Position numbers and translations under genes: made by a program. From Nitrospinaceae bacterium (GTDB lineage: Bacteria > Nitrospinota > Nitrospinia > Nitrospinales > Nitrospinaceae): a DNA stretch of 64,000 bases. Each line of letters starts with the position of its first letter. Position 1 is the first letter of the stretch. The stretch covers positions 1,792,001 through 1,856,000 of the forward strand of contig OZ245011.1 in the NCBI GenBank assembly GCA_965223665.1, given 5' to 3'. Shown here piece after piece: positions 1 to 9,000 of the stretch. The notes under the pieces are model-generated. The model had not been told where the DNA came from. It did no database searches and saw only the letters and a list, made by a program, of their open reading frames with translations.

Positions 1-20
1 CACCAATTTCTATTTTTTCG

Positions 21-2492
21 TTAACAATTCTTTTTTAAATTTTCAGGGACCGGTAACACAATCTTAAACACACTTCCCTCCGGACTGCTATCCAGGGAAA
101 TATCCCCTCCAATTTTATCAATGGTCTTTTTAACCAGATAAAGACCCAAGCCACTTCCAAATGCCCTCGACTGATGAAACCGTTTGAACATGCCAAATAC
201 CTGGCTTCCATATTTATCGGGAATTCCTAAACCGTTGTCAGACACTTGAATTGTGTTGGACCCATTGGATTCTGCAAAATCTATTTTCACAAAACGGTTC
301 TTTTTATCAGGGTCGGAGTATTTAACCGCATTGGAAACCAGGTTTTCTAATACACGCGTTATGAGTTTTTTCGGAAGCCACAGGTTAGGAGATCCGTTCC
401 TCTGAACTTGCACTTCCACTCCGTTTTCATTAATAAAAGTTTCCAGGCCCTCCTTAATGGATTCAACTAAACCTTCAACATCGGTTTCTTCAAAGGAATC
501 ATTTTCACGACCAATCTTTGATGCATCGACAATGTCATCAACCAATCCCTCTAACCGAGAAGTAAGTTTATTCACCCGATCAATATTGGTCGCAACTTCC
601 TCATAGTTTCCACCTGCAAGGTCTTCCTTCATGAAAGAACTCAAACCGCGAATATTGATTAAGGGGGCTTTTAGATCATGCGAAGTGCGGTAAGTAAATT
701 CCTCCAACTCGGAGTTAACCTCTCGAAGATCTTCGATCAGTCGATTTTGTTCTTTTTCCAATTGGGCCATATTGGTTAAATCCCGAATAATCCCTGTATA
801 CATAATGCGGTCATCCAGATAAATTTTTCCTATGGCCAGGTTCATCGGAAATTCGGTTCCATCCTTTTTCAGGCCCAGCAAATCTCGAGTCACACCAATC
901 ACCTCAGAACTTCCTTTACCTAACGATTTTTTCAAATAATCATCATGCTCGCTAAAATAAGGTTCCGGCATTAACATTTTCACATTCTTTCCCATCACTT
1001 CACCGGCCTGATACCCAAAAATAGATTCCGCGGCAAAATTGAATTGATTGATCAAACCCTCGGCGTCAATGGTAATGATCGCATCTACCGCGTTGTTCAG
1101 AATCGCTTCATTTTTATGCTGAATTTCATGGAGATCTACAGTCAGGCGGGATTGTTCCTTCTCCAAATTAATAACATTGGATATATCCCGAATAATCCCC
1201 GTATACATAATGCGGTCATCCAAATTAATTTTTCCTAGGGCCAGGTTCATCGGAAATTTGGTCCCATCCTTTTTCAGGCCCAGCAAATCTCGAGTCACAC
1301 CAATCACCTCAGAACTTCCTTTAGCCAATGATTTTTTCAAATAATCATCATGCTCGCTAAAATAAGGTTCCGGCATTAACATTTTTACATTCTTTCCAAT
1401 CACCTCATTAGACTGATATCCAAAAATAGATTCCGCGGCAAAATTGAATTGATTGATCAAACCCTCGGCGTCAATGGTAATGATCGCATCCACTGCGTTG
1501 TTCAGGATCGCTTCATTTTTATGCTGAATTTCATGGAGAGATAAAATCAGTTCCTCTCTTTCTTCATTGACTGTCCTGAGATTTTCTATCCCTACTTTTA
1601 TGTTTTTATTAAAATTCCTGTATTCCAAAACCAACCCCAAAAATGGAACGAAGTAAGCCAATATTTTTAAGAAATGAGCAATGTTAAAATGGTTATCAAA
1701 TAAGGCGGAAGAACCAAAAGCCATGTGTGCCTCCAGAATAATTCCGGGAATGAGCGCAACAAATAAGCCTGAGGTGAGCAGATTTGGAACTCTTTTGTAA
1801 AGATTCCAGAATACTGGAGCACTAATGATGGACAAACATAACGGAACCACGTCATATGGACGGGTAATAAAGGAATTTGGAAAAATCGTTATCGGTAAAT
1901 TCTCGTTGGTCGCACTAAAGGTGATTAAAAAATAAGCCAGACCGCTAAAAATTAAACTCACTAAAGTGATTTGCGAAATACCTGCCGGGGAATTTTCCGA
2001 TTTCAGCCTCAGACAAATTAAGGCACCGATTAAAAGAATAGTCGCATTGAATCCCCTGGCCAACGCCCAGGTAAAAGGAAGAAGCAAGTTATTATCAGCC
2101 ACCGAATCAATTAACCTCATTGCCGCCAGGGTATGAAACGCATCCATGGTTCCAGAGCAAAACAGAGCCACTCCAATAATGGGTGTAGTGGCGTCTTTAT
2201 TAATAGAAAAATAGGAAAAGGCCAGAAAAATGGTCAGGACCGCCACACTCACCGCGCTCCATTCCAGAAGCCCGTGTTCCAGGGCACCGGTCAAGGCATA
2301 AAACATCTCATCCTCTAGAGCCTCATAGGCAATCCCCCAGGAGGCAATTTCTTTAACATGGAACCCGTGTACTTCAGAACTAAAATCGTAACCCGCCAGG
2401 TTAAGCATAAAAGGCAGAACAGATAGCAATAAAACAATTGCAAAAAATGTTTTAGGAAATTGATAGGCTTTTAGTTTTCTCTTCATATTCAC
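21..2492 (-). CDS. Membrane sensor histidine kinase: multi-TM N-terminal sensor (MASE3-like), two FixL-type PAS domains, HisKA and HATPase
   Basis: 823-aa ORF with ~7 hydrophobic helices; two copies of DAIITIDAEG..MLMPEPYFSEHDDYL; H-box SHDLKAPL, N-box NLVSNAVKYS, DNGLGI, GSGLGL. Confidence 0.9.
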   Translation of the reverse strand: MNMKRKLKAYQFPKTFFAIVLLLSVLPFMLNLAGYDFSSEVHGFHVKEIASWGIAYEALEDEMFYALTGALEHGLLEWSAVSVAVLTIFLAFSYFSINKDATTPIIGVALFCSGTMDAFHTLAAMRLIDSVADNNLLLPFTWALARGFNATILLIGALICLRLKSENSPAGISQITLVSLIFSGLAYFLITFSATNENLPITIFPNSFITRPYDVVPLCLSIISAPVFWNLYKRVPNLLTSGLFVALIPGIILEAHMAFGSSALFDNHFNIAHFLKILAYFVPFLGLVLEYRNFNKNIKVGIENLRTVNEEREELILSLHEIQHKNEAILNNAVDAIITIDAEGLINQFNFAAESIFGYQSNEVIGKNVKMLMPEPYFSEHDDYLKKSLAKGSSEVIGVTRDLLGLKKDGTKFPMNLALGKINLDDRIMYTGIIRDISNVINLEKEQSRLTVDLHEIQHKNEAILNNAVDAIITIDAEGLINQFNFAAESIFGYQAGEVMGKNVKMLMPEPYFSEHDDYLKKSLGKGSSEVIGVTRDLLGLKKDGTEFPMNLAIGKIYLDDRIMYTGIIRDLTNMAQLEKEQNRLIEDLREVNSELEEFTYRTSHDLKAPLINIRGLSSFMKEDLAGGNYEEVATNIDRVNKLTSRLEGLVDDIVDASKIGRENDSFEETDVEGLVESIKEGLETFINENGVEVQVQRNGSPNLWLPKKLITRVLENLVSNAVKYSDPDKKNRFVKIDFAESNGSNTIQVSDNGLGIPDKYGSQVFGMFKRFHQSRAFGSGLGLYLVKKTIDKIGGDISLDSSPEGSVFKIVLPVPENLKKNC
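781..1539. repeat. Near-identical tandem duplication of the PAS-coding segment (781-1134 and 1186-1539, period 405 bp)
   Basis: Both copies run from tcccgaataatccc to gaatttcatggaga with few mismatches. Confidence 0.9.
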
Positions 2493-3439
2493 AACATCGT
2501 CTCCACAATTTCAATACTTTTACTGACCATGTCGTAAACTTGTGAAGGAGTTTTCTTTTCGGGTAGGCTCGCTTCAATTTTCTGGTTTAGGCCCAGGGAG
2601 GATCGTAGCGTTTCTACGTCTGCCAATACATTGGTAAGGATTTCGATGACGTCATAGGGAATGATTCGGCTCTTTTTGCGGTCCCACAATTCCACATTCC
2701 CCGGAATGACATAATTCGGTTTTTCAGAAAGTTTTTTAAACTTCTCCATCAATTCATGAACCCGCTTATACACATCTCGCGGATGTTTTCCCCTGGAAGC
2801 GGTGACTGAGGCAATAGGTTGAGTAATTCCCTTTTTGGCCTGGATCTCCTGCAATTCTTCCTTAATGATATAAGCAATTTGAAATACATTGTTGGGTGTT
2901 ATATTCCGGCTGTCTATACCCAGAAGTATATTGTTGATTAAAGATAGGTTCTTATAGACATCACTCGATAAAGCATTGTCTGGCAAGGGGGAAGGATCCG
3001 GACCGTTTTGGATACCCATAGATTGTCGTAAATCCTTAATGCTGGAAAGAGTATTCGCCAAAAGTTGATAAACCTTTTCGGGATTGAGATCTTGTGTAAT
3101 TAATGAAGGAGTGACTTCCGTTCGTAATTTAAGTCTGGATCTAACGGTTTGGGTAGCAATATAAACTAACCGTGCCTTGTGCCAAACATGACGGGGAAGG
3201 AGATTATTAAAATATCTTTTATAGGGCCGGGCTCGTGTATTCTTTTTTTCCTGGATTAACTTGAGTTCGGCGAGAATATTTTCCGTAACCTGCAGATTCT
3301 TCCGAAGCTGCATCCGCTCTTCAGGAGTAAACTTTGATGCCCGGTTGGACAGATTACATCCCAAGGCAAATAAAACAAAAACCACTCCTAACAATAAAAG
3401 AAGTGGAAACGATTTGTACTTAAACTTTTTTGCAATCAA
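2489..3439 (-). CDS. Hypothetical lipoprotein with internal helical P-x-x-V-Y repeats, translationally coupled to the kinase
   Basis: Lipobox ALGC; repeats NPEKVYQ, LSSDVYK, TPNNVFQ, HPRDVYK, TPSQVYD; 4-bp overlap with the kinase start. Confidence 0.75.
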   Translation of the reverse strand: MIAKKFKYKSFPLLLLLGVVFVLFALGCNLSNRASKFTPEERMQLRKNLQVTENILAELKLIQEKKNTRARPYKRYFNNLLPRHVWHKARLVYIATQTVRSRLKLRTEVTPSLITQDLNPEKVYQLLANTLSSIKDLRQSMGIQNGPDPSPLPDNALSSDVYKNLSLINNILLGIDSRNITPNNVFQIAYIIKEELQEIQAKKGITQPIASVTASRGKHPRDVYKRVHELMEKFKKLSEKPNYVIPGNVELWDRKKSRIIPYDVIEILTNVLADVETLRSSLGLNQKIEASLPEKKTPSQVYDMVSKSIEIVETML

Positions 3440-4213
3440 TAGTTAACGTCTATTCGAGTTAAATGAGCAAGAACAAAGATCAGCAATTCATTTTGATAAC
3501 TTTAGTTTCGAACAAAATTAGTAAGGAATCCTAACTAGCTTGCCCTCAATTTTTATCATTCCCCTTCTTTTAGGCACAGACATTAGATTTACTAAGCATG
3601 TAAATTTTACCATATTGGAAATTCTGACCCAATAAAATAACGGTACAAGGATGTAATTCTTTAAAAACTTGCCTGAACTGAAATCGTGCGGTTCTATTTG
3701 CTTCCGAAATATTCGTGAAAACATCCGATTTATGAGGCTATTTACTCTTTCTCCTGAGGGCTGTTTTTGACCCATCTTTAAAATCTAACGCCTAATTTTA
3801 GGTATAAATAGTTAAAAATTACTGAAAAACACTTGGTTAGAGTTGATTCTAAAGGCTTTCTTTATTGTCTTTTTAAAAGGTTTGAGACCCGTGGTTCGAA
3901 ACACAACCGTTGAACAGGAAAGAAACGCTGGAGGTTGATTTTGAAGTCGAGAAACGATATTTTTGCAAACTCCATTATAGGTGGCATAAATACAAAACCT
4001 TTCAATTTCCTATCCTTTTCATTTCACAAATCAAAAGCATTTTTATCCCTTCACACCGATCTCGGGTTTCTATCACGCAATTCCTTGTATTTTATACTCA
4101 AAACTAACCACTAAAAAACTTTCGTGTATAAATCAAAAACTGTGATAGATTATGGTTGAACTTAATCCCGTATTATCGGGTGAGTTCAAGAACTGGGAGA
4201 TGGAAAGATTTCA

Positions 4214-5779
4214 ATGAAAACGCTAAAAGAGTTACTACATTCTATCAATGAAGATTCTAACGTTCGAGCCTTGATACAGTCTTCACCGATTTGCCATAAA
4301 ATTTTTGATCCGGAATACAATTTATGGTTCATGAGCAAGAGTGGTGTGGACGCATTAAAAATAAAAAACATCGAAGAGTTTTATGGCATTCCGTTTCCAA
4401 CAGAAGCGGCCCCTGAAAGCACTCGAGAAATTTTTAATAAAACCATGCGCCTTGCCTCCAAGGGAGAAACGAACACCATAGAGTATTCCTTCACCGTGGA
4501 TGGAAAAGAAATCTGGTACAGAACCACCATCACTCCATTTTTCTGTGATAACGGAAATGTTTGTTACATTAAAGCCGATTCCATGGATATTACCGAGAAC
4601 GTAATGAATCGGAAGGCCCTGGCAAAAGCCAAAGAAGCTGCTGAAAAAGCGAATCAAGCCAAATCCGATTTTTTATCCCATATGAGCCACGAACTCAGAA
4701 CTCCCTTAAACTCCATTGTTGGTTTTTCACAATTACTGGAAATGGATGCTGAATTCCTGACCCCGATTCAATTAAGAAATATCAGCAGGATTATGGATTC
4801 CGGGAATCATTTACTGCACCTCATCAATGAAATTCTTGATTTGTCTCAGGTGGAAGCAGGAAAGTCCAGCATGTCCATGGAGTCTGTTGCGATTGTGGAT
4901 TTATTAAAAGAAGTCATTTTATTAATGAACCCCATTGCAAAAGAAAATGGCATCAATATCCACCTGGAGCAAAAAGATAATTCACATGAATTCATTCTTG
5001 CGGATAAAACTCGCTTGAAGCAGGTCATCCTTAATTTAGTTTCCAATGCGATTAAGTATAATTCCAAAAACGGCAAAATTGATATCGCCATAGAAGATGC
5101 ACCGGAAAATCTTTTACGTGTGTCTATCACTGACACCGGAAGGGGAATCTCGGAAGAAAAACAAAAGGAATTGTTTAGTGCCTTTAACCGTCTGGGTGCT
5201 GAAAAATCTAAAGTTGATGGGACCGGAATCGGTTTATGTATCACCAAAAAACTGATTGAACTGATGGATGGAACTCTTGAGGTAAACAGCGCTTTAGGCC
5301 AAGGAAGTTGTTTTTATTTTGAACTTCCATTAGGCGAACCTCATACAGATGAAGACAAGACACAAAGTGTGGAAACACTCCCTGTAACGTTGATCAATCC
5401 TTCCGTTGAAAATAAATTCAGTATTCTTTATGTGGAAGACAATCCCCACCACCTGGAGTTAGTCAAGCAGGTTCTTTTAGCCAGAAATAACATTGACGTG
5501 TTTTCCGCTCCCGATGCCAGACTCGGAATCGATTTGGCCAAAGTCCATCAACCGGACCTTATTTTGATGGATATCAATCTACCGGGATTGAGCGGTATCG
5601 AGGCCTGTAAAATTTTGAGAAAAGATCCTAAAACTTCAAGAATACCGGTCATGGCCATCAGTGCCAACGCCATGGAAAAAGATATTCAGAAAATTGAAGA
5701 AGCCGGGTTTGTCGATTATTTAACCAAGCCCATCAAAGTAAGCCTGCTAATAGATAAAATCAGCGGCGTTTTAAAATAA
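4214..5779 (+). CDS. Hybrid histidine kinase (PAS-HisKA-HATPase-REC)
   Basis: MSHELRTPLN, NLVSNAIKYN, DTGRGI, GTGIGL; receiver ILYVEDN..LILMDINLPG..KP. Confidence 0.92.
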   Translation: MKTLKELLHSINEDSNVRALIQSSPICHKIFDPEYNLWFMSKSGVDALKIKNIEEFYGIPFPTEAAPESTREIFNKTMRLASKGETNTIEYSFTVDGKEIWYRTTITPFFCDNGNVCYIKADSMDITENVMNRKALAKAKEAAEKANQAKSDFLSHMSHELRTPLNSIVGFSQLLEMDAEFLTPIQLRNISRIMDSGNHLLHLINEILDLSQVEAGKSSMSMESVAIVDLLKEVILLMNPIAKENGINIHLEQKDNSHEFILADKTRLKQVILNLVSNAIKYNSKNGKIDIAIEDAPENLLRVSITDTGRGISEEKQKELFSAFNRLGAEKSKVDGTGIGLCITKKLIELMDGTLEVNSALGQGSCFYFELPLGEPHTDEDKTQSVETLPVTLINPSVENKFSILYVEDNPHHLELVKQVLLARNNIDVFSAPDARLGIDLAKVHQPDLILMDINLPGLSGIEACKILRKDPKTSRIPVMAISANAMEKDIQKIEEAGFVDYLTKPIKVSLLIDKISGVLK

Positions 5780-5920
5780 CTCACCTGCCAAACTTAGCTT
5801 TCTTAAAAATTCCACCAAAGTTTAATCCCCTAACCTTCTCTTCAAAAACACAATTGCTATCATCGCCTCATCCGGCCTTGTTCTCAGAAACTCTTCTAAA
5901 CTCCTCCTTTCCTTGATAAA

Positions 5921-5986
5921 TTTTGGACCCTTCAGTCCAAAACTAAGAATAAAAGATCTCTTCGGAGTATCTATATAAATAGAGGG
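5921..5986 (+). promoter_or_regulatory. Conserved promoter cassette copy 1: TTTTGGAC-N6-GTCCAAAA palindrome + GAATAAA-N14-TATCTATATAAATAGAG
   Basis: Same motif and spacing at 11883, 15719 and (degenerate) 16294. Confidence 0.7.
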
Positions 5987-6064
5987 ATGTTTTCTTAAAA
6001 GTTTTTAAATGATTGAATGCTATTTGTAGTTTTTCAAAAAGCCATTCATTTGTGGGAGGGTATT

Positions 6065-9000
6065 ATGAATATTTCTACTTCAAACCAAATTATCACCCCT
6101 TCAAATTATTTTTTCCCTACCTGCAAGAATGAATCTGAAAAAGAAAAAGACCAAAACCCCGACTCGAAAAGAATTAATCTAAATTTTCCATCGACAGGGA
6201 AGAGGAGGAAAACAATCTTCCAAACAGTTTTATTTCGTTATGGGAGCTCGATAAAGTCATTTTACAATTCCGGATTTTTAAAAAATTTTTGCTTGGTGTT
6301 GACAATCACCTTATCTGCAATCCTTTTAGATTATTTTTATCCAAAATCAACCCTGGCCGCAGGATTGAAAGCCATAGACCCCGCTCAATGCGCTACTCCG
6401 GAAGAAGATCGGATACTAAGACCCAAACAAAAAAAAGGTAAAAAAATAACGGGGTTAATGGGCACTCCGTACAAAGTCCGACTCGGTACCGCCAGCGGAC
6501 AACATCAACTTGCTCTTACCGGTTGCGAAAGCATTGGGGCACCTTCCTCCGCCGGGCATGACTTTATTTTTTATGATCTCGACGGGGGCAAATTAGAAGA
6601 TGGCAACAAAATTGCCATTGTCGGTCCTCATGGTTGGTTAGTCGGCGTCACCAAAAACAAACAATTACGCGCAGATCGATTCGACGTAAATGAAGACACA
6701 ACTTTCATCATCAAAAGGTTGAAAGTCATCGAGGATATTTCACGGATAGGAATTTTTACCGAACTCAAAACTTATTTTTCGGCAGTCGATAAAGGGGGAG
6801 ACGCCATTATTGCTGCGGCCACTCAATTGGGACCTGAAGAAACTTTCAGCATAATGGACCTGGATGACATCTCCCTCGAAATGTCAGTGAAAGGTTTTCA
6901 AAAGGGAGTTAAAAGTGTAGGAGGTTTGGTGGCCAAAGCGGTGATGGAAAAATTATTTGGCAAGCCGGTGGCCGACAAATCCGAGGTTAAAGTCCTCCCG
7001 GAAGCCTGTGCCACGGAACTGGCAAAACAAAAGGTGAGTAAGGATACACAGAAGGAAGCTAAATCCGAACCCAAAACTCCTGAACAGAAAAAAAGCAAAT
7101 TTAAAAAAATCATGAGTTGGGTATGGGACAAAATAGATAAGGCACGTGCGTGCGAAACCATATCTTTTGCACTCCAAATTCCCGGCACTGATCTGGGGGC
7201 GGAAATGTTCTACACACGAGAAGACAAAAAATCTGTCCCCGTATGGCATGTAGCTCTCATGGCGGGTGATAAAACGTTAAATGAAAACCCATTGATCAAT
7301 GCCATCCCCAAATTAAAAAACTTGGTAGGGGATCCTAAGCTTAAAAGTTTAGTCATGGTATTTAGCGAAGAGAAAGGGATCAAGGATGTGACAGACCTCA
7401 GTGCACCTCTTCGAAAATATTTAAAGGACCACCATGAGGAAATTGAAATTCCGGAAATTTTCGAAGACACTTCCCATGATCTTCAAAAGGTTCGTTTTGA
7501 TCAAGGAGTCAACCTGTTTGCAGAAGTGGAGAGTGCTAAAAAAGGGGTTTTGGGAAAGGTAACAAATTTGGTACTGCCCAATGCCACTCAAAGTAATGAA
7601 CCCTGGAGAATAGACGGTGTGATCGGCGGCGCTTTCATGTGGAAACTACTCAACAAGGAATCGTCAAAATATAAAAAAGATCTTCCCATTGCTTACAAAG
7701 ATAAAAATCAATTCAAAATTGATTTATGGATTCCGGGCCACACGCCCTACCCTTTTAATTTTTTGAACCAACGCAATGCTTTCCACACAGAAGTCGTAAA
7801 AGCTCGCTTTGAAATCAGAGTCTCCAAAGATAAACAGGCCACCAAAGGAGAACAACCGGAAAAGACAGAATATGGTCTGGATTTGGAAATCGAAAGTTGG
7901 AATGAATATTGGTTACTGGGCAAGAGGTTTCCCATTAAAGTGGAAAGTCCTATTCATATCAAAAAGGATGATATCGAAGTTTATTTAAAAGGAGTTTACG
8001 AACCTAAAAAACACGAAGACCCTCTGGCATTCATTCCAGGGTTTCACGTGCGGAAGTTAGTTTTTGGAGGCGGTTTTGCCAAAAAAGAAATTCCAAAAAA
8101 AACTAAAGATACCAGTAAGAAATCCATTCTGAGTTTTCAGGTCGGTTCCCAAGTAGGGATCGAAGGATATCAGGAGGTCGCCACAGGATTTCAAATCGAT
8201 TTGGCAGCACAAGGTAAAAAAGTTTCTCTTGACGACATCCGTCTGCAAATTCAGGGAGATGAAGACGAAGGACGAATCCTGCTCGATAAATTACCGGTGT
8301 TAAAGAGCATTCCTTTGATCAATGAATGGGTATTGGAAAAAGGAACGTTAGGGTTCAAACCCACCGCCGGTATTCCGGATTTTTACATCACCGGTGGCGC
8401 CACCTGGACCCGGACCAATATGGGAAGCAAAATTGCCATTATGAAAAAGAAACTCAACGGAAAAGATGAATTTTTCCTCTTTTCCCGTGCCAATGATTTC
8501 AGTTTAGCCGGTCTGCTTCCGGCAAAAACTCCGGATGCAGTCAAAGGCATTTTCACTGCCCTTAAAATGCCACGTATGTTGCTTCTGTTGACCACGGCAA
8601 AAGGGAAAGATAAGAATGAAACCGGAGCGTTATCCATAGAGGATATGCCCAAACCTTTGGTTCCCCTGTTCGACGGGATTGTAAAGGAGGCTGATGAAAG
8701 CATACCCGTTTTTGGAGATGGGATTACATTAGTTTCGGCCCTGGATTTTTCTCAAGCTGAAGATAAACTAATGAAAAAAACCTTATCCACACTTGGCTTG
8801 GACAAACTGGGCACCAACGGGACAATTATGATAGCAGGAAGCGTTGGAGGATTATTGAACGGTGAATTGAGAATTGGCCTTGCGGCAAAACTGCCCACGT
8901 TCGAATTGCCCACAACCTTACCGGGAGGATTCAAAAATCCTCTGGGGTACTTAGTCGAATTTGATAAAGTTGCCTCGGATTTTTATTTAGATTTTAAAGC

